Positions 39,769 to 54,372 of a stretch of DNA of 64,000 nucleotides are shown here, in pieces (position 1 is the first letter of the stretch; the number at the start of each line of letters is the position of its first letter). Under the pieces are notes generated by a model. The model saw only the letters and a list, made by a program, of their open reading frames with translations, was not told where the DNA came from and did not search any database. The DNA comes from the human T2T-CHM13v2.0 reference genome, Homo sapiens, in the NCBI RefSeq assembly GCF_009914755.1, contig NC_060930.1, one strand, 5' to 3'. Position numbers and translations under genes: made by a program.

Positions 39769-41875
39769 GATGATGTGGATGTGTCCTTGTCCAAGCACCT
39801 GCTGTAGCTCTTTGGGAACAGTGGGCAGTCAACGGTGGGATGAATATGTAGGTCTGATCTTGTCCCCACCTCACATGTGAATGGAGACTTTCATCCAGGT
39901 ACTCAATAGTGGTCACAACAATGAGGGAAAGACACTTTTGTACTGAGTGAGCTGAGCCGGGTCCTGCGACTAAAGAACCGCCTGTCTCATCAGGCCAATG
40001 GCACCCCCATTGAGAAACGCTGCTTTTGAGGAAAGATGGAACAAGTTGTTGGTCACTGGGGGGAGTCCCACCTTGACTGATGACATGCTTGTGTCATTGA
40101 AGACTGAATGGCCCAGAGTTTTGGAAAACAAACTGCTATAAACTATCTTGTGAGAGCTATGGGTCCAGGCAGTGCTCTGGAGAAAGTGAACATACAAATA
40201 GGCTGTTGGGCCCTGTGTCCACCGCAGGTTTTTCTTGGAGCAGGCCTGCCTGAGGGTGTGTGGAAGCCTCCATGAATGAGGCTGGAAGCCTATGGGTCAA
40301 AGCCCTCCAAGAAACCAGAAGGAGCTTTCAGCTGCTCTCCAAGAAGCATTTCTTTTAAGCTTAAGCCTCCAACAGTACCTTGTTCAAGTTTGCCTCACCT
40401 AGTCAGATGCCATCGCCAGGGCCACAGGGTCTTTGAGGCTTGGTAGCAGCCACCAGCAATGGCACCATTAGAGGATAGCGTGCCCAGCAGGCAGCAGCCC
40501 CTATAGCACGAGAGCAGATAAGGAAGACAGAGGGGAAGGGCCTCAGGCAGGCGCTCCAGAGCAGTGCTTGGAGGCAGTGCTTGAAGAGACTTCTGGGCAC
40601 AGTCTGGGGACTTGCTTTGATGGGAGTGGATTAATTTCCAGCAGTAAAGCCAGGAGGGACTTTGGCCATAATATTTTGGGAATAAGAAGGAGACGCACCC
40701 TGTTTGGCTGTCACAGGCTGGTGAGTCCTGGGACATGTGGGACTCATTGTGAGAAGTTTCCTTTAGTGCTGTCACCCCTCCAGGAACAAGGATGGGTGGC
40801 TTATAAAGGCGAGCAAGAGGCAAGAAAGCTGTGCAAACTGGAAAAGGGCGGCATTCTTTCAGACACAGGCTGGATGATTATATTCCTAACTCATGCCAAT
40901 CCTAACTCACAAACTGCTGAAGAAATGAAATCTGGTTAAATGTGTTCCTTTTTGCCCTTCTTAAAAATATCAAAAGCAAGTATTTTTCAGACAGCTTTAT
41001 ACCGGCCACACTGGCCAGGCCTTGTGGGCTCCAAAACAAACACACCTGAGCTAGACTTGGTCAGCATTGGGAGGCCAGAGAGGTGGCCAAGGAATTAATA
41101 AAGGAATCTAAAGATTTTTCTCTATCCCCAAAGGCTGCCACTTGAGATAGTTCTTGCTTTGGGGGAGTCATGTGAGTGTGTGGCAAGGAGAGGGGAAGAG
41201 GGTTGTGGGGGAGAAGCTTCTGAATCCATTCAGCTTCATGCGACAGGATTTTGACTCTGGCCTGTCACTGGAAACAGATCTGACCCCTTCTCCACGGTGA
41301 TATTTGTAATCTTTTCTCTTTGCAGTCAAGGGTATCAATGAAGAGTGAATGTGTATGACATGCAGTTTTTGGTGAGAAGTTTACTGTGGGCCTTAGGATA
41401 TTTTCTGCTGGAGACAATACACTTGATGTAATGATTTTCTGTACCACAGAAATCACAGGAATCTGTTTTCTAAGGATTGATTACATGTCAGCTGACTAAC
41501 GTCAACAGTCCTTTGTGGGTTGGTATTTTAACAATGTGGCAGTGTTTAGAGGAATTGGTGGTTTTTACCTGGATCTTAGGAAATCACCAATGATGATAAT
41601 ACAATGGGTGAACAATGGGTAAGCTAAGATGTTGCACGTACATGAAGAAGAGATAAGTATCTGAATGGCAAATAGGTGCCCCTAATTCCTAATAGTGTAA
41701 CATTATCAATGAGGACAGTGACTTCTAGGAAGTTGTTACAGTGGCCGGAGGCCAGTAGCCTTTCTGCAGTTGCTCAAGTCACTTTGGTTGAGAAAGCCTG
41801 CATAATCCAGCTCCCATTTTCCTCTGTCTTCTTTTCACCATCTGAGTTATCTCAGAGGTAACACCCCATACCCCC

Positions 41876-42330
41876 TATCTTAGTGTGGTTTCTCCTGGAA
41901 GCAGACCCTAGTACAAGTAGTTTATTTGGGAAATGATCCCTGGAAGCACTGGTAACAGACAAGGGAAGTGAGACATGGAGGGAAGGCAGCCAATCTAGGG
42001 GGCAATGGCAAGCCATTTTCCACTATGGGCAATTGGAGCTCAATCCCACTTGGAGACTCTAGGGGCCTGTAGAGGATACATGCCTCAGAGCTCTCACTCC
42101 TGCAGAGGGAGGGAGCTGGGGTACGTATACACCAACTGCCAACAGTCATTGATTGAGTCCTCCCGGGGCAGGGGATTTTAATTCCCCAGCACCAGCCTGC
42201 CCCACATATATCTCTTGAGTAGGTGAAAAATGCTCTCGGGGGAGTGGGTAGTGCTAGCAGGTGAAGTCATGCTAGTGTGCACATGCCTGGCATGTGGAAG
42301 GGATGCAGGTGGGGCTCTGACAACATCTAC
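41876..42330 (-). mobile_element. LTR33-like ERVL LTR
   Basis: gaagcagaccct...caagtagtttatttggga...gggaaggcagccaat. Confidence 0.8.
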
Positions 42331-45300
42331 CCTGTGCCTTATTTCTTGTTTTTCATTATCCTTGTCTGAAAAATATTACTACTGCCTGTAGTTAATATAG
42401 TCTCTTACAAACAAACCTAATTCTTTGGCAACAAAACTAGCAGAGAAAGAGGCAGAGGAAATGAAACATTCTAGCTAGTCTATTGCCTGATTTCTTATAG
42501 GCCTGGCTGGTATTTTGGGAGTCAGGTTTGTTTTCTGGCCTGGCAAATAGGAGTAACTGTAGCAGCCCTTGGTTTTCTATGGACCCTATTTTAATAGAAT
42601 GCAGACTGCTTAGACTTTGGCTCACATTCTGCATGCTGAGGTGAGCTACTCTTTCCTCACTTGCTGCCTCAGTTTCCCTTTTTGCAGTGACACCTCAGAT
42701 AGGAAGCTCTGACATCAGAAGCTCTTCAATTCAGCTTCTACTTGGGGCAATGGAAAAGGTACGATGTGTTACTGTGATGGAAAGCACTGTCAACCAACCC
42801 TGGCAGAGGTGCCAGGGGCATGAGGGACTCAAGCCGTTTCGAGGACTCATCCTAGAACAATGCAAACAATTGTCCTCAATCCTGGGTCTATGGGCCTGTT
42901 TACTCACTCCGTGCTGCGCCCGGCAGAAACTTGCAGTGATTTAGGAAGTCAGGGAGAGACATTTCTGGCTGTGCGGAACCTGATGAAATACTGTTTTGTG
43001 GAGACAGACTAAAAAATAACCAAACGGTCTTTAAGTGGAACAGAGATCAGAAAATCTCCTGAGGCACATTTAAGAAACCCATCAATTTTGCTGGCTTGGC
43101 CATAGAAGGGAAAATTGCACTGCAAATGATTATCTCTGATGAAATGTTCCCAAGTCTTTTACAGGGCACTTATTTGTAGTGACCTATTACTCCACCAACG
43201 AGGCCTGACTGAGAAGCCCCCACTGGGTGGTTTATAAGGGGAGTCTGCAGAGTAATTGCAGGCTCAATCCTGAGGGCCTCCTGTGTCCTATCTTCTCAAC
43301 CACCTTACAGGTATCCTGAGGCTGGGGACTCTCCTATGGATTTGTGTGTTTTCCACAGGGCCTCCAACTTTACAGATGTACATAAATTACTGAATGAATA
43401 AACCTGAGACCAAGGCTTTCTGCCCAAAGTCCTCATCGTAGAAGCCCTCAATTTCCTACTTGCCCTGACCAAACTGAGGAAAAGCTGTGGCAAAAGCTCC
43501 TACTGCGTTCAGCCTGAAATAATTCACCACAACCTGTATCATCAACCCATACCCAATTACCTAAAGTGCTCTTTCTAGAGAAATTAAAAAAAAAATTCTG
43601 TTCTCCAACATAAGATTCATTTTAAAATGACAGCTGAGGTCATTTCTTTTATAAAAGCTGAGGTGGGTTGTCTGATATTCCCTCCTGTCTTCTTTCCTTG
43701 GTGGATTCATACTGTTTTATTTTTTATTTATTATTAAATATGGTAAAATTGACTTGGGAGCATGTGTGTGCATCATGGGTTTGGACACACACATAGATTT
43801 GTGTAGCCACCTTCAAAAGCAGGATCCCCAAGAGTTCTGTCACCCCTGGACTCCCTCACAAGGCCATGTTGGACTCACACCCTTCTCCCACCCCTGCCCT
43901 GCATTGTGGAAGTTCTCACTTTTTCAGAATGTCATATAGCTGGAATCAGATAGTAGGAGGCTTTATGAGACTGGCTTCTTTCATCCAGCACAATGCCTTT
44001 GAGAGTCACTCATGTTGTCTTATTTACCAGCAGTCTGCTCTTTTTATTGCTGAGTAATGTTCTATTGTATGCACTCTATTGAAGTCTATCCCCTCACTCA
44101 CTGAAGGACATTTGGGTTACCACCAGTTTTTGGCAATTATGAAGAGAACCCTTACAAACATCTGCATACAAGTTTGTGTGTGAACCTAAGTTTTCATTTC
44201 TCTAGGGTAGGTAGTTGGCTTGTATGGTATGTCTGTTGAATTTTGTAAGAAATGGCCAAGTTGTTGTCCAAGGTGTCTGCCCCATTTTGCATGCTGACTA
44301 GCAACATACAAGAGTTCCAGTTGCTCCACATCCTTGCTATTACTTGGTATTGTCAGTTAAAAAATTAAAAACATTTTAAGCTATTCTAATAAACAAATGG
44401 TCATATCTCATCATTGTTTAGATTCAAATTTCTCTAATGCTAATGAGGGGGAACATTTTTGCATGCGTTCATTTGCCATCTGTACGTCCTTTTTGGTGAA
44501 GTATCTGGTCAGGCCTTTTGCACCCCCACCATTTTTAAAATAAATGAACTGTTTGTTTTCTGAGTGTTGAATTTTGAGAGTTAATATTTATGTATTTTTT
44601 ATATTCTGTATAGAAGTCCTTTGTGAGATATGATATCTGAAAATATTTTCTCCCAGTCTGTCACTTGTCTTTTCATTCTCTTAACAGTGAATTTCACAGA
44701 CCAAAAGTAGTTAATTTTGATAAATCTGATTTATTACTTTAATTTTATTGGTTGTACTTTTGGTATGATGTTTAAGAACATGTTGCGAAACCCCAGACAT
44801 GAAGAGTTTCTCATACTCATTCTTCTAAAATTTTATAGTTTTACATTTTCTACTTAGATCTATGATCTGTTTTGACTCAATTTTTGTATATGGTGTAAGA
44901 TTACATTGAGATTCTTCTTTTTTCCTTCAGTACATGGATATCCAATTGTTTTAATATTGCTTGTTGAAAAAACCTTATTCTTTCTTCATTGCCTCGGCAG
45001 TGTTGAAAATCAATGAACCTTACAGGTGTGGGTCTGTTTTTGGACTCTGTATCCTGTTCCATTGATCTACATATCCATTCTTTTGCCAGTGTCAACACTG
45101 TCTTAATTACAGCAGCTTACAGTAAGTCTTAAAATTGTGTGGTGTGACTTCTCCAGCTTTATTCTTCTCTTATAAAATTATTCTAGCTATTCTAATTCTA
45201 TGGTCTTTCCATACAAATTTTGCAATTACCTTCACTATAGCTACACAAAGTTCTGCTGGGATTTTGAATAGAACTGCATTACATTTAAAGGTCAGTTTAG

Positions 45301-46565
45301 GGAGAATTGACATCGTTCCTATATTGAGTCTTTTAATCCATAAACATTTTTTTGCCTCCATTTATTTATGTCTTTTTTGATTTTTTTTATTAGAGTTTGT
45401 TGGGTTTCAATGTAGAGATCTTCCATATGTTTTGATAGTTTTATACCTAAATATTTCTCTCTGTATTTTTTGGAATTACTATAAATTATATATTAGCATT
45501 TAATATATATATGACTATAATATATTTAAAAGTATAAAATAATATTTAATTTTGGTAAACAATTATTACTAGAATGTAGGAATATAATTGATTTTTATGT
45601 GTAGACCTTGTATCCTACAATCTTGCTAAACTCTTTTATTGTTTATAGGAGCTTTTCTGTAAATTCTTGAAATTATCTAAGTAGACAAATACATCATGTG
45701 TGAACAGGGACAGCTTTACTTCTTCCTTTCACATTCTATGCCTTTTATACATTTTTCTTGCTTACTTGCAGTGTCTAGGACTTTCAGTACTGTATTAAAC
45801 AGGAGTGGTGAGAGTCAACAACTTTGTCTTGCTGCCGATCTTAGAGAAAAGCATTAAGTTATTCACCATTAATTATGATGTTAGCTGCAAGTTTTAAATA
45901 GATGTCCTTCATCAGGTTGAGAAAGTTCCTTTGTATTCTAGTTTGCTGGAGTTTTTATTGTGATGAATGCTAAATTTTATCAAATACTTTCCTGTGCCAC
46001 TTTATACGATCATGAGGTTTTTCTTCCTTAATCTATTAACATGGTGGATTATATTGATTGATTTTTGAATACTGAACCAGAATTGTATTCCTGAGATAAG
46101 CCTCACTTGGTCATGGCATATTAGTCTTTTTATATATTGTTGTATTCAATATGCTAGTATTTGTGTATATTTATGGGGGATTTAGTCTATAGTTTTCTTG
46201 TGATGTCTTTGTCTGGTTTGGGATCAGGATAATACTGGCCTAATAAAATGAATTGGGAAGTGTTCCCTCTTCTGTTTTCTGGAAGAGATTATATAAAATT
46301 GGTGTTATTTCTTTTTAAAATGTTTGGTAGAATACTACAATGAAACTCTCTGGGCCTTCATTCTTTTTGGGAGACTTTTAAGTATGAATTCAATTCCTTT
46401 AGTAGATGGTATGAAACCATTCAGGTTATTTATTTCTTCTTGAATGAGTTTTGGTAGTTTGTGACTTTCAAGGAATTTGTCTACTTTTATCTAAATTGTC
46501 ACATTTGTGTAGACTGTTTATAATATTCTCTTATCCTTTCAATGTCTGTAATGATATTTCCTCTT

Positions 46566-46849
46566 TCTTATTTATTTTTTTTTGATATAGAGTCTTGCTC
46601 TGTTGCCCAGGCTGGAGTGCAGTGGTGCGATTTCAGCTCACTGCAACCTCCGCCTGGGTTCAAGTGATTCTCGTGCCTCAGCTTCCCGAGTAGCTGGGGA
46701 TTACAGGGGTGTGCTACCATATTCAGCTAATTTTTGTATTTTTGGTAGAGATGGGGTTTCACCATGTTGTCCAGGCTGGTCTCAAAGTGATCCGCCTGCC
46801 TCAGCCTCCCATAGTGCTGGGATTACAGGCCTGAGCCAGCTTGCTAGGC
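46566..46849 (-). mobile_element. AluS nested in L1, with small deletions
   Basis: Alu body; degenerate TSD tgatat..cct.tttc. Confidence 0.93.
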
Positions 46850-47297
46850 TGATATCCCCTTTTTCGTTCCTGGTATTGGTTATTTTGTCTTTTCTCTTTC
46901 TTTGTCAACCTGGCTAGATGTTTATCAATGTTATTGATCTTTTCAAAGAACCAGTTTCGGTTTCACTGATTTTCTTTATTGTGTTTCTCTTTTGTATTTT
47001 ATTGAGTTTTGTTCTTATCTTTATTATTTCCTTCCTTCCACTTGCTTTGGAATTATTTTTGTTCTTTTTCTAGTTTCTTAAGATGGAAGCTAAGCTTGTT
47101 GATTAGATCTTTTCTCTTTGCCACTATATGTGTTGAATGCTATAAATTTCCCTCTAAATACTGTTTCAACTGCAGCACACAAATTTTGGTGGATTTTATT
47201 TTTATTTTCCTTTAGTTCAAAATATTTCTAGTTTATCTTGGGACTTTCTTTTTGAGTCTTAGGTGATTTGGAAATGTGTTGTTTAACCTGCAAGTAT

Positions 47298-47597
<300 letters not shown>

Positions 47598-48499
47598 TTC
47601 AAGTAATTTTGGATCATATCCAGAACATGTTCAGGGTCTTATTTAAATTCTAAAAAAGACTCCTGTTTTTTTTTTGTTGCCGTTTAAGCAGACAATCAGC
47701 CTGATTAGGTTCAGGTCACAAATTCCAATAAGCCTTCTTTGAGCTGTGGTTTTTTAATTTTTCCTTTTTACAAGATTGCAGTATTTACTTCAAAAAATAC
47801 ATTGCTTCATAAGCTTCAAAAATAGACCTGGCTTTGCTTTAGATTACTGATGCAGGCACTTTATAAACTTTATATCTTTGATGTCCCTTGCCTATTAAGA
47901 TGCCCCTTGATGTCTTTTTGCCTGTTGAGTTTATTTGGTACATTACCCATTTCTGTAGTCATTCCTTAATTATTTGCTTTTGTCTTCCAACAAAAAGGAG
48001 GACCCAAGGATCCTAGTGTTTGCTAATGAGTTGCTAGGTTCTGCTACATTCCAGTTATTTATTAGGATGTCTTCTAGACTTCAGCATCATCTCAACATGT
48101 GTTAATATGCTGTTTGGCAAAACAACTAAATTTTAAAAATATTCATGCATCATTGGTAATGTCTTCAATAAGGATTAAATTAATAAAATCAGTCTTTACC
48201 TCATTACGAAACATATATTTTCAGCAGTAAACTCATCAGACTTGTGGTCTGGTGCAAGTTTTAACCATCTGTATGCAGGAGTCATTTATTCATGTAGTGG
48301 TTAGTGGTTCTGAAACAAATGATCTGAAATCACCATCTCTAGTTTTGATCTGGACATGTTTTTAGTGACAATCAGTGTAGTGTGACCAAGGTTACTTTAA
48401 ATATCTTCCTTGGGCCAGTGCTATAGTGAGGTAGAGTCAGTACCTCCCAATTTAAAGCAACTTGAAAAACAGAAAAAAGCAACTGTCCTAGGGTTCTTC

Positions 48500-49390
48500 C
48501 AAAAATCATAAGAGAAAATTAAAACAAGTGACAGACTGGAAGAAAACATCTGCTACGTATTCTATAGACAAAGGCCTAATATCCAGAGGACACAAAGAGC
48601 TCCTACAACTCAGAAAGAGAAATTCAACTAACCAATGGGCAGAGAATATGAGATACATGAAAAAGTATTCAATTTCACCAGCTCTTAGGGAAATGCAAAT
48701 GAAAACAATAACGAAATACCATATTTTGCTCTCCAAATGGCAAAAACTAAAATGGCTGATATGATCAAGTACAAGCAAGGATGCAGGGAAATGAGTACTG
48801 TCACACACTGGAAGGAATATAAACTAATGAAGCTCTTTGGGAAGGCAACTGGGGAGTAGTCATGAAAGTTAAAAATACACGTATACTGTTGCTCCCCCTA
48901 ATTCTACTTCTACTCATCTATCGCAAAGAAACATTCACATTTGTACACAAAAATGCATGCACTGTTTGTAATAGAGAAAAACTGGAAAAAAAGGTGAAAT
49001 GTCTGTTACAAGAAAGTAGTTAATAGTATTTACATAGTTTATTTCACCATAAAAAATGGTGAGTTTCTCATTTAACATACTCACTGTTAAATGAGAAAAG
49101 CAAGGGGGCAGAATGATACTTTATGGTCCTATTTATGCAACAAAACAAGATATCTTTGTACATAGGTGCCTCTCTCTCTCTCTCTCTCTTTCTTTCTCTC
49201 CAAATGCACAGAAGAGGATGGAAGGAGATACATCAAATTGTTGAAAGTGGCTACTCTCCTCTGGGGCAGGGGCATGATTGGTAGTAGGTGAGAGAAAATG
49301 TGTGGGCTGCTTACATTTTGCTATGTATATTAATGTATTGTTCAAACTATGGCAAAATGTACCCATGAATCACTTATGCAGTTAAAAAGA
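48500..49390 (+). mobile_element. L1ME-like 3' fragment
   Basis: ORF 48528..48764 (TDWKK...KGLISR...REMQMKT) is an ORF2 C-terminal remnant. Confidence 0.8.
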
Positions 49391-52300
49391 GACAAAACCC
49401 ACCACCCCAATGAATCTATGACTTTCTGAACTCCAGATTAAGGGAGAGAACCTAGGAAGGAAGGCCTGTCCTCCCTTGACTAACTTAGTCCTCTTCCCGT
49501 TAACCTCTCTGCCTCTTTCCTTTATTGTCAGCTCCATCCCTTACTAGCTCCATCCCTTACTAGCAATAAAGGAATATTGCGTATGAATATGAGCAATATT
49601 CATAAGTTTCAGTTTCTTCATCTGTAGTAGGGGTATTATAATAATAATAGTGCCTCTATCAAAGTTAGCTATTATGATGATGACGGGGACTCTACTTCTT
49701 TGACTCTTGCTGGCCTACAGTCTGTGCTTAGATACACAGTCACTGGCAGTGGGCTTCTCTGTTTGCCACCAGTCCTTTCAGGCAATCCTATCTCTGTCCA
49801 AGCATTGACACCTGACTTTGGGAAGTCCCCATGGCACTCCTAGTTGAAGTCCCTGGCCACCCTTTTGGCCTTGTTCAGGTAGCTGCCAGGGTCCTGCTGT
49901 TACTAGTTTTGCCACCGAAACTGCCTGGGCTGGGCTTTTGTTCATGAGATGCCTCATCAGTGACATAGCCTAGATGTGCTTGGGAGCATCTCTGCTTTTT
50001 CAATGTTGCCCAGTGGCAGTCATCTACCTGCCAGAAGGGGAGTGCTGAGTCCCTGAGGATGGACAAGTGTCTGCGTGGTGTTTCACTATCTCCTCTGAAG
50101 GTCTGTGCTTTAACAAACAGCTTGCTGTAGGGCTGCACATGCATACTTTTAGGCTGGCTTCAATAAGTTCTGGTGCAGACTATGTGTTAGAGAGCCAGTC
50201 TGGTCCACAGGATCATGTTACCACATGAAGCCAGCACCAAACTGAGGCCGTCTCCATGCTGAGTGGAATGGCGGCTGCGAGGAGGGCTATTCCCACCCTT
50301 GTGTGTTCTGCTTTTGGAGGCTCTCAGTGGATTTCAACAGGGGGACTCATCAGTGTTTCCAGAGTAGTTGACAAGAGACACAGCAAACCTTCTGCTATTT
50401 GCAGGTATTCCCTGTTCAGCATCACTGACAAAACCCTCTTCCCCACCTCTGTCCCAGCTATAAATGTTCATCCTTCTAATCAATACAAGACAATAAAACA
50501 CACTTTTCCTTCTTAGAAGTGAAACAACAAATTACCAACTATCTGCCCTGGGCAAATCAGTCAGTGGAGCACAGTTCCTGCTGGTATATTTAAAGAGAGT
50601 CTCCTTCCTTTTAGAGAGTGCCGAGAGGGCCTCAGCCTGGAGGGACCACACGCTTACCAATATGCCCCTGTGGCTCTGCATCCAGGAGTCCTGGTTTATA
50701 TACAGCTGCCACTTTTCTGCAGGGTTATTCTGATATCTAGATAATAATATCTGCTGGCAAAGTTATTTTTGAAATACTTGAATGAAAATTATCATGTCAA
50801 GAATGTACATTACTACTACGATGAGATTTAGAATGCATCAGCTGCTTTCTGAAAATGTGAAATGACTCTCCCATAAGGGAAAGAAATTTCATTTTAAGGC
50901 ATTTCATTAAAATGAAATAGGTGTTGAGAAAGTTGGTTATTTGAAAGAGATTCAACTTAGAGCCTCAGCTTACATACCATATTCTATAATAAATCCTAAA
51001 TGAGTTGAGTGTGAAAAATTGAACAATATAAAAAACACTATAAGTAAATTTAGGAAGGTATTAAACAGATCCCTGACAATGAACAACCTACCATTATTAT
51101 TATTACATTGACTGTTTCTAAATATGAAAGCAATGGAGGAACTCATAAAAGAAAAGATCAATGGATTTGACTGTATGAAAAATAATAATGTACTATAAAT
51201 TATAATGTACCTTACTAATCACTATTACTACTGGTAAAACAAAGGGGCAATAGTGAGTTGCTTCTTTGAGAACCTGGAAATTAAGGAATTGATGTCACCT
51301 AATAAGAGCTGAACTAGCAAAAAATCTTCACACAGCTCTCCCTGAGATAAAACCAAGAGCATATGCGATATCAATTATTGCACCTGTCCTACCTATACCC
51401 TTTTTAAAAGAGAGAGCTTCCTCCCCTTTGCTGCCTAGGTGACCACTTTCTGACATACAAGACCTCTTTTCCTCCTTGGTCATAGTTTCCTGGACCAGAG
51501 GTGGGTTCCTGACCCCAAAGCAGCACATGCTTAAGCCTGCCAGCAGCTACTGTCCTAAAGGCCTAGAAAACACAAATTGGTCCAGTCAAATTCTTTCTCA
51601 TACCTTTGAGCTAAGAAATAAGCAGATAAGTAGCTCATTAGCCTTGGGGACTGGATATTAAAGGATATTTTCAGGTACAGCTGGGACCAGGGAAGACCAA
51701 AGCCATGAGGAAGTGGGACTATGGTCAGCAGGGCCAGCCGGTTACAAGAGCAGACAGGCACAGAGGGAGCAAGAGGCGCTGAGGGAGGCCTGGAGGCAGA
51801 ACGCTGGGCTCTAAGGCCACCCTGGGTCCTCTTGGCTCTCCAGGTCCTGGTTCCAGCTCCTATTACAGCTTGGAGGGGCCTCAGATCTTATGATCGTATC
51901 TTAATGGGATTCTTGTCATCACCACACATGTATCCTAACCCTGAGCTAGCTCATCAGGTTTATGTTTCTAAAATCAAAAGAGCCAAACTAGAAGTGATTG
52001 TTTCTGTGACCCCAAATCCTATGAAAAGTGACTTGCGGTTCATCCTGGAGAGGTAGGAGTGGGATAAAATTATGGTTTAGTAAGAAGAAGCCTCACAAAT
52101 GGTGCTTTACTGTGTCTGGTGAAAGAGGTATTGTGTGCAGAAGGAGGCTGGTCAGCCTGGAGAACAGATGAGTCAGGTTGGCAATGGTGAGTGAGCACTG
52201 TCCAGAGAAGGCAGGGATTGGACCAAGGCCTATCATTGTTGCAGGAATGTTCACTGCTGTGAGCAATGGAAGCCTTGTGAGGCTTAATTGTGACCATGGG

Positions 52301-53929
52301 AACCTATCTCTCCAAACTCTTTACTTCTCTTAGTTTTGATTCCCTTTGTGCTTGGAGAGGCTCACTTATCAGCCTTTCAACAACTAATCTAGCTTGTTTC
52401 CTGGGAGGATGTGCCATGGATAGAGGTGGTTTAAGAGTTCCTGGCTATAAAAGAACATCCACCATGGTAAATAAATAAGTTGTCCCCCTGATTTGCAGTC
52501 CATTTGACGGGCATGGGTCAGCATTCCTCTGTTCTCCTAGCCAGGTCGTGGACCTTGGTTCACTCACTAAGGCAAGACTACTCTGTCAGGACTCTTGGAA
52601 GGTAGCCATCCATCTTTTTTTGGTGGCATTCCAACCAAATCATTGCTTCCTTCTCTATATATGATAATTATTAGTGTTCAATCTTGCTAGTGAAGGTACA
52701 CTACAGCCCTCCAACTTGCTTCAAATCATTTTTTTTGTTTGATCTCCAAACTATGACAGCAAAACATTAAATTTCATGAAGATATCAGTCATACTGGTTA
52801 TGGGTTGTTACTCAGATAACTTCATGTCTTGGAATATTCTGCAATTTCAGTGATACCTGAACTGTTACAGAGAGACCTTAATAAGTCATCTTTGCTCTTT
52901 TCGTCTCTAGATACCTGAGTCATCTCAGAAAGATGCTTTTGTGTCTTGCTTTTCAAGAGTCCCGTGATCTCTATCATTTAATAACCTTCTTGTCAAAATG
53001 TTCTTTCACGTGATCAAATACATTTTCAATACAATTGCAAATTATTTCTTCCTTTTTGGAGTCTCTTTAAAGCTGAATTATAATTTATTGGTCCTTCTGT
53101 ATATCATCAAGTAATACACAGTCGGTTCTCTTACAACCATGTTTCTTTAACAGGAATTATCTCATATGCAATTGGTTAACAGGGAACTGATGTCAGTGTA
53201 ATACATAGTCTTATTTGTTCACATAGGATTTTCTCCTCGTATGTTAAAATTTTGCACCACCAAGTAAAAACAACTGAATACAAAGTAAGTTGGCACAGCT
53301 GAGCCCAGGAAGCTGTGGAGAAATGCAGGACTGAACTGCAGCCCCCTTGCCTCCATGTTCCTTTTTGTGGTCCAGCGTGGCTGGGTGCTGTCTCTTAGCG
53401 GGGGCTTATCGTGCTGCTGTCCCCCATCTCTGCACATGATGCTCATGTCTCCATCTCTCAGCAGCCTCAACCCTTCCTTAAATCCTCTTCTATCATGATA
53501 ACCTTATTTTGGAAAAAAAAAAATCTGATGTTTTAATAATAGATTGTGTTTCCTTATGTATTAGGAATTTAGCATGCCATTTTTATCATTATTTTTAATA
53601 GGGTTGTAATTGGTTTTGTTAGAGTTAAAGCAGTGTGGGTTCTGAGTGGTCTCCCTCAGTCTTAATTTTCCTATAATCCCCGAGTTTTCAGTGTGCCATT
53701 TTGTATTTGTTCCATTATAGCACCTATACTTAAATCCAATCTTTAAGCTCCCCATTCACAGCTTTCTTTTTTCCAGGATAAAGAAGTCTAACTGTTGTCT
53801 TTTCTCATAAGAACTACCTCCCATTGCTTTACAGATGTCTCCTATTTCAGGCCATAGATAAATTTCTGTAAGGTCTGTAGTAAACATAATTTTTGTGTGC
53901 TTAGCATTTCTTCCTTTGGAGAAAGATAC

Positions 53930-54372
53930 CTGCTCTATTCCTTAAAAATTTTGTTCAGTTTATGTGGTGCAGATGGGCTAAGCACCTGCCTGAGGAGTGG
54001 GGACATGATCTAGGCCTAGTCAGTCAGAGTGTTTTATTCCCCTGGCTATAGGGATTGGTTCAGAGATGGGTACCTGACTTAAGCCAGGTCGATCATTCGT
54101 CCCTCCAATGACTTTTGCCAGTGTTGTTGGGCAAGGTCCCTTTCAACGAAGGTACGAATTCTAAAGACCACGTAAACTTGGAGTTGCCAGGGGCATCTTG
54201 CCACTAACTGGGGAGAGGCTGTCAGACAATGTAGTCAAGCAGAACTGAGACAAGGAGGGAGAGGAGAGGAGAGGAGAGAGAGATGCATTTGAAGCTAGTT
54301 GTACTCCTTAGATTCCCCACTTACCTGAGACAACACATTTCCTTCTATTCTTACAGTCAAACATTGTAACCA
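53930..54372 (+). mobile_element. MLT1 (K/L-like) MaLR LTR
   Basis: ccctggctatagggattggttcagagatgggtacctgacttaagccagg. Confidence 0.6.

Noticed and set aside
54319-54327. Perfect CAG|GTAAGT donor on the KIF6 strand within an MLT1 LTR
   Set aside because: No convincing nearby acceptor; isolated consensus donors are common in long introns.
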